Origin: Squalus acanthias
Lineage: Eukaryota
DNA length: 64,000 nt
Reading direction: 5' to 3'
Assembly (NCBI GenBank): GCA_030390025.1
Contig: JASTWF010000034.1
Span: 3,348,001-3,412,000, forward strand
Part shown: in pieces, positions 11,125-23,100 of the stretch
Numbering within the stretch: the stretch's first letter is position 1
How the letters are laid out: each line of letters begins with the position of its first letter
The notes under the pieces: model-generated
Told to the model about the DNA's origin: nothing
The model's database searches: none
What the model saw: only the letters and a program-made list of their open reading frames with translations
Made by a program: the position numbers and the translations under genes

Positions 11125-12436
11125 TCATCTAATGCTCGGTATGGATACTCACAGAGTCACAGGAACAAATCCTGGCAGATCACATCCACATCTTTAAATG
11201 TCTGAAATATCCGCTAATCATTCAGTTCCAGTCAGTGTCTCCTTTCCCACCCTCTCCAGTTCTGCATTATTGGCACTGCTTCTGATGGTTAAAGTAGGAT
11301 TACAAGGATAATTTACATTCTCACAAAACGTTCATTCAGCCAGATTTCAATACATTTCTTTCTGATCATTGTTTTGAATTTACAATTGGATCCCATGCCC
11401 GTCTGTAACAGTACAGTGGATCTGTCAGTGAGACTCAGAGTGATTCTCTATTGCCTCCTGCTGTACTTCATGATAAACAATCCCAGCTGATTGTAACTGA
11501 AGTACTGAGGATAAGAAAATCCTTTGATATCTTCTCGTCTAATATTCTCTCCACAAGTTGGAAACAACAGGTGAAAAAGTACAAGGATAAATCTCTTCCA
11601 TTTGTGTTCAGACACTTTACAACAGCATTTGGCGGCACTTTGCCTGTGGTTAAGTCGTCTGATTTCGATGCTGATAAATGCATTTAGTGGGACATTACCT
11701 GGTCAATCATCACTATTTACTTTAATTCAGAGGCCATTATTTGCAATGTTACTTGGCAAATCTTTCTTTCAATGAGCTAGAATTTGTGTATTTCAACAAA
11801 AATGCAGTAAACTCAATCTTCAAAACATATCTGATAGCCCAGTTATCTTTATAACTGCAGTGCACTTGTATTTATTATCTTAGCATTGTCGTATTACATC
11901 CGTACCTTTTACATACAATTGCCTGTAATTATTGCATGCCAAGGTTGGAGTTTCTGTATTTTGCTGTTGCATTCATTTTCAGTTCTAAATAGAATGGATA
12001 TTCTGACCAGGAGCAGGAATCCAAGCGGGATTTCCCCCTCCCTAACACAGGGGCACAGAAGCGAACTGCACCGCTCCAAATGCTGACTGATCCCGGGACA
12101 CGAAGGCTTCCTGAGAGGGTCTGGTCATTTGTGTCCCTGGTACCTCGGGCGGTGCTTTTGTCTGCTGGGCTAAATGTAGATCGATCATTTAATCTCTCCT
12201 TGATCAAACATCTGTTACTTTCATATTGTATTTATTCCCATTTCATTTTTTGATTCCACAATGTATTCCCGATTATTCTTACAATAAGCCCTGTATTCAG
12301 CTCCACAGGTAATAGGATTAGATTATATCATTCAATGTCGGTAATGAGTTGCAGATTTCACCCCGAATTCCCTCAAACTGCTGCTTTTGCTCCCAGCCTG
12401 ATGAATAATTTCCCTGTTTATTTCCCTTCCACACAG

Positions 12437-13338
12437 TTAACTTAGTGACGATTGTGATCCTGTCTCGTGGAAAGTGTGATCTCTCCAAATGTGTCACTCG
12501 CTACCTGGTGGCCATGGCAGCGGCGGATCTACTGGTCGTTATCCTCGACCTGATATTGAGGCACATTCGCATTGTTTATATTGAACAGTTTTATTTCGTG
12601 CTGTCCATCCCCGTGTGTAATATCCACGCCGTCCTGCTGTTCGCAGCCACAGACTGTTCTGTCTGGTTCACCGTCACTTTCACCTTTGATCGATTTGTGG
12701 CCATTTGTTGCCAGAAGCTGAAAACTAAACATTGCACCGAGAAAACGGCGGCTGTGGTTCTGGGAACAGTGACTGTGCTGAGCGGTTTAAAGAACATCCC
12801 CTGGTATTTTATGTTCACAGGTCGGTATTGGATTGGGAACGACCCCTGGTTTTGTTTTGCCACAATGGGTGTTCAGGAATCACCGGTCTGGGCAACAATC
12901 GAGCTCCTTCATTATATTCTCACCCCGGGGGTCCCATTTGTGGTGATTCTGCTGCTCAATGCTGTCACCGTCAGACACATTTTAGTGGCCAGCAGAGCCC
13001 GCAGGAGACTCCGGGGTCCCAGCAGTGGGGAGAATCCAAGAGACCCGGAGATGGAGAGCCGCAGGAAATCCATCATTTTACTGCTTGTAATCTCCGGCAA
13101 TTTCATCCTGTTATGGGCAATGTTTATGGTGTTTTCTATATGGAACCGGATGTACTGGTTGGGGTATGAGTCTGTATTTCTACCTAATTATGTACAGGAA
13201 CTGGGATTCATGCTGCAGCTGCTGAGTTGCTGTACAAACACTGGGATTTATGCCGTGACCCAGACTAAGTTTAGACAGCAGTTGAAGAATGTGGGGAAAT
13301 ATCCCTTTACTCTGATTGTAAAATTCATTAAAGGATGA
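12437..13338 (+). CDS. Class-A GPCR, GPR139/GPR142-like, terminal coding exon (end of TM1 to stop)
   Basis: Acceptor tttcccttccacacag| at 12436 (phase 1). Open frame xNLVTIVILSRGKC, TM2 LVAMAAADLLVVI, TM3 FTFDRFVAIC, TM5 PFVVILLLN, TM6 NFILLW, TM7 SCCTNTGIY, helix 8 KFRQQL, TGA at 13338. First exon not found. Confidence 0.88.
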
Positions 13339-13395
13339 GAAGAAGCGGAGACTTTGCAGCCCAAGAGTTGACATTTCCCTGGGCCTGATAATGTG

Positions 13396-13768
13396 GCCCC
13401 CCGCACAAAGATGGCGTATCCGGGGCCCAGCACAAAGATGGCGGCTTTGGGGCCCCGCACAAAGATGGCGGCTCTGGGGCCCCGCACAAAGATGGCGGCT
13501 CTGGGGCTCCGCACAAAGATGGCGGCTCTGGGGCCCCGCACAACGATTGCGGCTCTGGGGCCCCGCACAAGCATTGCGGCTCTGGGGCCTCGCACAAATA
13601 TGGTGGCTCTGGGGCCATGCACAAAGATGGTGGCTCTGGGGCCCCGCACAAAGATGGAGGCTCTGGGGCCCCGCACAAGGATTGCGGCTCTGGGGCCCCG
13701 CACAAGGATTGCGGCTCTGGGGCGCCGCACAAGGATTGCGGCTCTGGGGTCCCGCACAATGATTGCAG
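13396..13768 (+). repeat. 27-bp GC-rich minisatellite, ~14 copies
   Basis: Unit ggcggctctggggccccgcacaaagat (9-codon period in all ORFs), followed by a CpG-rich tract to ~13935. Confidence 0.95.
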
Positions 13769-14080
13769 CAGTCACTCGGGGTCTTTCCCTGGCGGCGGGA
13801 GGCGAGTATCTGGATGGCGGGAGCAGTTGGAGTCCCGGTTACTGAGAGCGGGCGGCGAGGCAGAGCAGCCTGGCCCGGCACGGCCCGCAGGACCCCGAGC
13901 AGCCCAGCCCGGGGAGGAGATGGCCCGGCACCAGGACTTTATTAGTCATTATAACACTTTAAAATCATTACATCACTTTACGGATCTTTTAGAACCCTTT
14001 ATAAATCATTATGACCATTAATATCACATTATGACGCTTTTTCAATCATTATGACACTTAATAAATCATTTTATAACTAA

Positions 14081-14489
14081 TTCTTGGGATGTGGGCGTCG
14101 CTGACGAGGCCAGCATTTATTGCCCATCCCTAATTGCCCTTGAGCAGGTGGTGGTGAGCCGCCTGAGACAAGCGAGTGTCTTGTGGGCCATTTCAGAGGC
14201 CAGGTCAGAGTTAACCACATTGAAGTGGGTCTGGAGTCACATTTCAACCGGACCAGGGAAGAGTGGCAGATTTCCTTCCCGAAAGGCCATAAGTGAACCA
14301 GGTGGGTTTTTACGACAATCCGGTACTTTCATGGTCACCATTATTGACACAAGCTTTTCATTCCAGATTTGTTTAATTAATCAAATTTAAATTCCCGCAG
14401 CTGGTGGGATTTGAGCACATGTCTCTGGATCATTTGTCGAGTCATCTGGTTTACTAGTCCAGCAACATAACCACTATGCTACCGTACCC
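14081..14489 (-). mobile_element. tRNA-derived SINE with RTE-type 3' tail
   Basis: Minus-strand head GGTACGGTAGCATAGTGGTTATG...GCTCAAATCCC (A/B-box-like); tail GGGCAATTAGGGATGGGCAATAAATGCTGGCC resembles the neighbouring LINE end. Confidence 0.7.
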
Positions 14490-14690
14490 TTCAAAAATAT
14501 CACCGTTCTTTCATCGTCACTGGTTCAAAATGCTGAAATTCCTTCCACAACAGTATTGTGGGAGCACCTTCACCACGCGGACTGCAGCGGATCAAGATGA
14601 AGGCCCACCATTTTCTCATGGGTAACTAGGGATGGGCAAGTAATACCGGCCTTGACAGTGCCACCCCTAGCCTGAGAACAAATACATAGA
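14490..14690 (+). mobile_element. LINE 3' end, probably RTE/RTEX clade
   Basis: Decayed FIVTGSKC*NSFHNSIVGAPSPRGLQRIKMKAHHF, then gggtaactagggatgggcaa...ggccttg tail. Confidence 0.55.
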
Positions 14691-17600
14691 AATAATAAAA
14701 TAGGATTAAAATCAATGATTTTATAATTCATTGGCTGAAACTAGATGAGGCCTGTGATCAGAGCGGGGCGTCAAGTACGCTAAACAAATTGTCAACATCA
14801 CTTGGATCTCCAATTCTATCGTTGTATGATTGATACTTGTCACACTATCCCAATTTCCCAATCATTACAAAATGCGCTTGATAAATATCACATATTACCA
14901 AAATTGAAGCCCAGGGGATTAAAGTGGCAGTGACAACAGTCTGTCAGCAATCGGTCAACAATTGGTCTGTTACAGTGAGAGGTTTTGAATATGTAAGAGA
15001 TGATTAAAGTAAGGGGTATATCAGAGTGGTACAGAGAGGTGTGTGAGGTATATCAGTGTGTTACTGTAAGGATGTGTGGGGTATATCAGAGTGTTATAGT
15101 CAGGGGCGTGGGTTTATATCAGAGTGTTACAGTGAGGGGTGTTGGGTATATCGATATTTACAGTGAGGGGTGTGTGGGGTATATCAGAGTGTTGTAGTCA
15201 GGGGAGTGGGTTTACATCAAAGTGCTACAGTGAGGGGTGTGGGGTACATCAGAATAACACAATGAGCGGTGTTGGGTATATCAGAGTGTTACAGTGAGCG
15301 GTGTCGTGTGTAACACAGTGTTACAATCAGGGGTGTGGATCTATAGGAGTGTTTTACATTGAGCGGTGTTGGGTATATCAGAGTGTTACAGCGAGGGGTA
15401 TGGGGTATATCAGTGTTACAGTGAGGGATATCGGGTATATCAGAGTGTTACAGTGAGGGGTGTCGGGTATATCAGAGTGTTACAGTGAAGGGTATGGAGT
15501 ATATCAGAGAGTGTTACAGTGAGGGGTGTCGGGTATATCAGAGTGTTACAGTGAGGGGTATGGAGTATATGAAAGGTTTTACAGTGAGGGGTGTCGGGTA
15601 TATCAGAGTGTTACAGTGAAGGGTATGGAGTATATCAGAGAGTGTTACAGTGAGGGATGTCTGGTATATCAGAGTGTTACAGTGAGGGTTTGAGGTATAT
15701 CAGTGTTATAGTGAGGGGTGTGGGGTATATCAGAGAGTGTTACAGTGAGGGATATGGAGTATATCAGTGAGTGTTACAGTGAGGGGTGTGGGGTATATCA
15801 GAGTGTTACAGTGAGTGGTGTGGGGTATATAAGAGAGTGTTACAGTGAGGGGTGTGGGGTATATCAGAGAGAGTTACAGTGAGGGGTGTGGGGTATATCA
15901 GAGTGTTACAGTGAGGGGTATTGGGTATATCAGAGAGTGTTACAGTGAGGGGTGTGGGGTATATCAGAGAGTGTTACAGTGAGGGGTGTAGGTTTATATG
16001 AGTGTTTTACATCGAGGGGTATGGAGTATATCAGAGAGTGTTACAGCGAGGGGTGTGGTGTATAACAGAGTGTTACAATCAGGGGTGTGGGTTTATATGA
16101 GTTTTTTACATTGAGGGGTGTCGGGTATATCAGAGTGTTACAGTGAGGGGTGTGGGGTATATCAGTGTTACAGTGAGGGGTGTGGGGTATATCAGTGTTA
16201 CAGTGAGAGGTGTCGGGTATATCAAAGTGTTACAGTGAGGGGTGTTGGCTATATCAGAGTGTTACAGTGAGGGGTGTGGGGTATATCAGAGAGTGTTACA
16301 GTGAGGGATATGGAGTATATCAGTGAGTGTTACAGTGAGGGGTGTTGGGTTTATCAGAGAGTGTTACAGTGAGGGGTATGGAGTATATCAGAGAGTTAGT
16401 GAGTGGTGTGGGGTATATCAGAGTGTTACAGTGAGGGGTGTGGGGTATATCAGAGAGTGTTACAGCGAGGGGTATGGAGTATATCAGAGTGTTACAGTGA
16501 GGGGTGTCGGGTATATCAGAGAGTGTTTCAGTGAGGGGTGTGGTGTATATCAGTGTTACAGTGAGGGGTGTGGGGTATATCAGTGTTACAGTGAGGGGTG
16601 TGGGGTATATCAGTGTTACAGCGAGGGGTATGGAGTATATCAGAGTGTTACAGTGAGGGGTGTGGCGTATATCAGAGAGTGTTATAGTGAGGGGTATGGA
16701 GTATATCAGAGAGGGTTACAGTGAGGGTGTGGGGTATATCAGAGAGTGTTACAGCGAGGGGTATGGAGTATATCAGAGTGTTACAGTGAGGGGTGTCGGG
16801 TATATCAGAGAGTGTTTCAGTGAGGGGTGTGGTGTATATCAGTGTTACAGTGAGGGGTGTGGGGTATATCAGTGTTACAGTGAGGGGTGTGGGGTATATC
16901 AGTGTTACAGCGACGGGTATGGAGTATATCAGAGTGTTACAGTGAGGGGTGTGGCGTATATCAGAGAGTGTTACAGTGAGGGGTATGGAGTATATCAGAG
17001 AGGGTTACAGTGAGGGGTGTTGGGTATATCAGAGAGTGTTACAGTGAGGGGTATGGAGTATATCAGAGAGTTAGTGAGTGGTGTGGGGTATATCAGAGTG
17101 TTACAGTGAGGGGTGTGGGGTATATCAGAGTGTGGTACAGCGAGGGGTATGGAGTATATCAGAGTGTTACAGTGAGGGGTGTCGGGTATATCAGAGAGTG
17201 TTTCAGTGAGGGGTGTGGTGTATATCAGTGTTACAGTGAGGGGTGTGGGGTATATCAGTGTTACAGTGAGGGGTGTGGGGTATATCAGTGTTACAGCGAG
17301 GGGTATGGAGTATATCAGAGTGTTACAGTGAGGGGTGTGGCGTATATCAGAGAGTGTTACAGTGAGGGGTATGGAGTATATCAGAGAGGGTTACAGTGAG
17401 GGGTGTCGGGTATATCAGAGTGTTACAGTGAGGGGTGTGGAGTATATCAGAGAGTGTTACAGTGAGGGGTATGGCGTATATCAGAGAGTTACAGTGAGGG
17501 GTATAGAGTATATCAGAGTGTTACAGTGAGGGGTATGGAGTATATCAGAGTGTTACAGTGAGGGGTGTGGGGTATATCAGAGTGTTACAGTGAGGGGTGT

Positions 17601-18840
17601 GGGTATATCAGTGTTACAGTGAGGGGTATGGGGTATATCAGAGTGTTACAATGAGGGGTGTGGGGTATATTAGAGTGTTACTGTGAGGGGTGTGGAGTAT
17701 ATCAGAGAATTACAGTGAGGGGTGTGGAGTATATGAGAGAGTTACAGTGAGGGGTATGGAGTATATCGGAGTGTTACAGTGAGGGGTATGGAGTATATCA
17801 GAGTGTTACAGTGAGGGGTATGGAGTATTTCAGAGTGTTACAGTGAGGAATATGGAGTATATCAGAGAGTGTTACAGTGAGAGGTATGGAGTATATGAGT
17901 GTTACAGTGAGGGGTGTGGAGTATGTCAGAGTGTTACAGTGAGGGGTATGGGGTATATCAGAGAGTGTTACAGTGAGGGGTGTGGGGTATATCAGAGTGT
18001 TACAGTGAGGGGTATGGAGTACATCAGAGTGTTACAGTGAGGGGTATGGAGTATATCAGAATGTTACAGTGAGGGTTATGGAGTATATCAGAGAGTGTTA
18101 CAGTGAGGGGTGTGGAGTATATCAGAGAGTTACAGTGAGGGGTATGGAGTATATCAGAGAGTGTTACAGTGAGGGGTATGGAGTATATCAGAGAGTGTTT
18201 AAGTAAGGGGTGTGGGGTATATCAGAGAGTGTTACATTGAGAGTTGTGGGGTATATCAGAGTGTTACAGTGAGGGTTATGGAGTATATCAGAGTGTTACA
18301 GTGAGGGGTGTGGAGTATATCAGAGAGTGTTACAGTGAGGGGTATGGAGTATATCAGAGAGTGTTACAGTGAGGGGTATGGAGTATATTAGAGTGTTACA
18401 GTGAGGGGTATGCAGTATATCAGAGAGTGTTACAGTGAGGGGTATGCAGTATATCAGAGAGTGTTACAGTGAGGGGTGTGGAGTATATCAGAGAGTGTCA
18501 CAGTGAGGGGTATGGAGTATATTAGAGTGTTACAGTGAGGGGTATGGAGTATATCAGAGTGTTACAGTGAGGGGTATGGAGTATATCAGAGAGTGTTACA
18601 GCGAGGGGTGTGGGGTATATCAGAGAGTGTTATAGTGAGGGGTATGGGGTATATCAGAGTGTTACAGTGAAGTGCATGGAGTATATCAGAGAGTGTTACA
18701 GTGAGGCGTGTGGAGTATATCAGAGTGTTACAGTGAGGGGCGTGGGGTATATCAGAGTGTTACATTGAGGGGTGTGGTGTAAATCAGAGAGTGTTACCTT
18801 GAGGAGCCTGGGTTAAAACGGTGTGTTACAGTGAGAGGTT

Positions 18841-19680
18841 TAAGAACATAAGAATGTAAGAAATAGGAGCAGGAGTAGGCCATTCGGCCCCTTGAGCCTG
18901 CTCCGCCATTCAATGACATCATGGCTGATTTTCTGTCTCAATTCCTTTCACCAGCCTTATCTCGATATCCCTTGATGCACTTAGTAGTCAGAAATCTATC
19001 GACTTCTGTTTTGAATATGCCCAATGACTGAGCCTCCACAGCCCTCTGGGGTAGAGAATTCCAAAGATTCACTACCCTCTGTGTGAAGAAATGTCTTTAT
19101 TAGAGTTAAATATATTTCTTAAGGCTAAAGGGATCAAGGGATATGGGGAGAAAGCAGGGATAGGGTACTGAATTTGGATGATCAGCCATGATCGCATTGA
19201 ATGGCGGAGCAGGCTCGAGGGGCCGAATGGCCTACTCCTGCTCCTATCTTCTATGTTTCTATGCTTCTATGCTTCTCATCTCAGTCCTGAATGGCCTACC
19301 CTTTATCATGAAGCTGTGGGCCCTGGTTCTGGACTCCCCAGCCAAGAGAAACATTCTCCCAGCATCCAACCTATCAAGCCCTGTAATAATTGTTTATGCT
19401 TGAATGAGATCCCCACTCATTCTTCTGAATTCAAGAGAATACTGGCCTAGTTTACTCAATCTCTTCTTATACGGCAGTCCCGCCTTCCCAGGAATCAATC
19501 TCGTGAACCTTCGTTGCACTCCCTCTTTGGCAAGTTTATCCTTCCTTAGGTAAGGAGAACAAAATTGTACACAGTACTCCAGGTGTGGTCTCTCCAAGGC
19601 CCTATATAAAGGGAGTAAGACTTCTTTACTCCTGTACTCAAATCCTCTTGTAATGAAGGCCAGCATACCATTAGCCTTCC
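18841..19680 (-). mobile_element. 5'-truncated CR1 (minus strand) containing a nested plus-strand CR1 tail at ~19098-19270
   Basis: Minus ORF MLAFITRGFEYRSKEVLL...HLEYCVQF with tail at 18841. The insert reads ELNIFLKAKGIKGYGEKAGIGY*, then 3' UTR and ttctatg repeats in the opposite orientation. Confidence 0.9.
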
Positions 19681-20185
19681 TTGGGGTATGTAAGACAGTG
19701 TTATAATCAGGATAGTGGGGTATATAAGAGTGTTGCAGTGAGAGGTGTGGTTTATATCAGAGTATTATAGTGAGGGGTGTGGGGTATATCAGATTATTAC
19801 AGTGATGGGTGTGGGGTACATCAGAGTGTTACAGTGAGTGGTGTGGGGTATATCAGAGAGTTACAGTGACGGGTGTGGCGTTTATCAGCGTGTCACAGGT
19901 AGGGGTTTGAGGTATATCAGTGGGTTACAGTGAGGGGTTTGGGGTATATCAGAGTGTTACAGTGAGGGGTGTGTGGTATATCAGAGAGTTACAGTGAGGG
20001 GTGTTGTGTCTATCAGTGTGTTACAGTGAGGTGTGTGGGTATATCAGTGTTACAGTGAGGGATGTGGGGTATATCAGTGTTACAGTGAGGGGTATATCAG
20101 TGTTACAGTGAGGGTGTGAGCTATATCAGTGTTACAGTGACGGGTGTGGGGTTTATCAGCGTGTCACAGGTAGGGGTGTGAGGTA

Positions 20186-23100
20186 TGTCGTAAGAATGAG
20201 CCTTACGCGTGGTGAACTTAAAGTAAGCTTTAATCAACTAAAAAGGTGCTACATACAAAAGAGGTCTTACTCTATGCCTCTCCAGGATCCAACTGCTCAG
20301 TCCAGTATTTATCCTGGACTAATCACAGGAAGTGATGCAATAAACTTCGAGTCACAGGAAGCTGTATTGTGTTACCACATTCTCCCCCCCCACAAAAAAG
20401 ATTAGGAGGCCGGGATGCTCCCTCGATTTCGTAGCCGCCGGACGAGGGAGAGCCGCACCCGTTTGGGTTCTCGTAGCGGTAGAGGGCCCCTAGCCCGTTT
20501 ACCCGCCGCGGGCCGTGGACCAGAGTCCGAGTGATCCAGCCCGCTCTGTGAGGGGTCAGGACGATCCTGACTGTGTACTGGTGCCCGAACGGGTGTCGGG
20601 CAGGGCTGTGGCAGATCCGTTTCCGAGCGTATGGTACGGGGTGGATCGTGGCTGCGCGTGCGAGCCCCGACGGGCTCATAGTCAGTCTGCCCCAGGTCGG
20701 CACGCTGGAGTGAGGTACCAGCCGGCGTCAGATCCAGATCGTGATGAGAGGCACCTGGCGAGCCCAGAGATGTGCCTGGTACAATATCATCCCCTGGTGT
20801 CCCTCTATGTTTCGGCGGGCAGGGAGCCAGATCCCGCAATGACACGGTAGATTCCCGACCGTCAGGATACCGAATATAGGCGTAGGTAGGGTTGACGTCA
20901 GTGAGCTCAACCTCATCTACCAGGGGGTTATTCTTAGACGCCCGGACATATCTTCGGAGTAGCACTGGTCCCGGTGCAGTCAGCCACGATGGGAGAGATA
21001 TCCCATAGGATGAGCGACGCTGAAATCGGAAGAACCGTTCATGAGGCGTCGTATTTGTGGCGGTCGAAAGGAGGGACCGTGTGGAGTGTAATGCGTCTGG
21101 AAGTACTGCTTCCCATTGCTGGTTGGATAGGCCCCGAGATCTCAAAGCCAGACGTACCGCATTCCAGATGATAGCGTTAAAACGCTCGACTTGCCCATTC
21201 CCGACTGGATGATAAGGCGTCGTTCTGCTGGCAGCAATTCCCCGTTCCGAGAGATAGGCCTTGAGTTCTCCTGACATAAAAGAAGGGCCCCGATCCGAAT
21301 GAACATAGGATGCCATGCCACAAAAAGCAAATACCTGCTCAAGGCAGCTGATAACCGTGGTCGTCAGCATATTGGGGCAGGGAAAGGCAAACGGAAAACG
21401 GGAATACTCATCGACCATGGTCAATAGATAAGTGTTGCGAGTTGAAGAGGGCAACGGCCCCTTAAAATCGATGCTAAGCCGTTGCATTGGCTGGGTCGCA
21501 TGTATGAGTATACCACCCGAGGGGCGGAAAAACTGAGGTTTCAATTCCGCACAGACTCTGCAGTCCGAGCACATCTTCTTTACATCCCCGGTAGAGAATG
21601 GGAGATTTCGGGACCGCACGAAGTGTAGCATGCGAGTAACGCCCGGATGACACAACCCATCATGGATGTCTACGAGCGTAGAGGGTGCCATGGCGGAGCA
21701 GAATGCTCGTGTGAGGGTATCCGGAGCCACATTCTCCTTGCCAGGTCGATAGTGGATGGTGTAACCAAAAGAGGCCAATTCCAGCCGCCAAAGCTGGATT
21801 TTATTATTTTTAATTTTGGTCCGTTTTCGATTATCGAGCATGAAGGCGACCGATCGCTTGTCCGTGATTAAGGTAAAGTGCTGGCGAGCTAGGAGATGAG
21901 TCCACTTCCGTACTGCCTCTATGATGGCTGTAGCTTCTTTCTCGACTGGAGGATAATGTAGCTCAGCCCCTTGAAAAGTCCTGGACAAAAATGCCACCGG
22001 ACGACCTTCCTGATTCAGAGTGGCCGAGATCGCCACCTCCGAGGCATCACACTCAACAACAAAAGGAAGACTCTCATCGATGGAGTGAAGAGCCGCTTTC
22101 TCCAACTGTTTTTTCAGGAGGTTAAAGGCTGCAACAGCCGCTGTGTCTAGTGGGAATGTGCTGGCCTTCAGTAGAGGTTGGATTCGGTCCGAGAAGTTAG
22201 GAATCCATTTAGCATAGTATGCAAACAGGCCGAGGGCCCGGCGCAAGGAGGCCGGATTCTTAGGTGGCGGGAGCTCTTGGAGTGGGCGAAGCCTTTCAGG
22301 GTCAGGTTTAATGATGCCATTGCCCACACAATAGCCAAGGATGTTGATGGTTGGTTGTGACTCAATGGATTTAGCCGCATTTAATGTCAAATTACGGTGC
22401 TGGAGTGCATCCCAAAATCGTTGGAGATTGGCGTCATGTTCCCGCTGATTGCGACCTGCGACAGTGATATTGTCCAGATAAGGAAACGTATCCTTCAAGT
22501 CTTCCTGTTTGACCAGGTCATCCATTGCTCGCTGGAAGACAGCCACTCCATTAGTGACCCCAAAGGGGAGGCGACGAAATTGATACAGCCGTCCATTGGC
22601 TTCAAAGGCCGTATACTGCTTGTCTGAGACCTTCAAGGGTACCTGATGATAGGCACTTTTCAGATCATATGTTGAGAACACCGTGTACTCAGCCAGTTTA
22701 TTAACCATATCATCGATGCGCGGCAATGGGTATGCGTCCAAGTCCGTATATTGATTGATGGTCTGTGAATAGTCAATGCACAGCCGTTTCTTGTGAGGTT
22801 GTAGAGGGTTCTTAACAATAACGACCTGGGCGCGCCATGGCGACGAACAAGGCTCGATGATATCCTCTGCTAAAAGCCGAGAAATCTCAGCCGCAATAAA
22901 AGACTGGTCTTCCTGACTGAAACGTCGTGACTTTGTTATAATCGGTTTGCATCGAGGAGGGATACTGGTAAACAGTGAGGGTTCATCCAGTGAAGCTGCT
23001 GACAATGCACAGAACGGTAATCGAGGTCCTATATTAGAAATAGTGAGTTCAGGTTTGGATCCGCCGAACTCAATGGTGAGCTTCTTATGCTGCTTTTGAA

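Noticed and set aside
12095..12145. Candidate GPCR exon 1 ending ...LVICVP G|GTACC
   Set aside because: An in-frame TGA lies eight codons upstream, there is no ATG and the donor is weak.
13180..14021. Repetitive ORFs on both strands (KMAALGPRT, CAGPQSRHL)
   Set aside because: A 27-bp unit with no stop codon opens all frames; no evidence of a protein.
15000..18040. Keratin-associated-like Cys/Gly/Tyr ORFs
   Set aside because: Translations of the 30-34-bp minisatellite.
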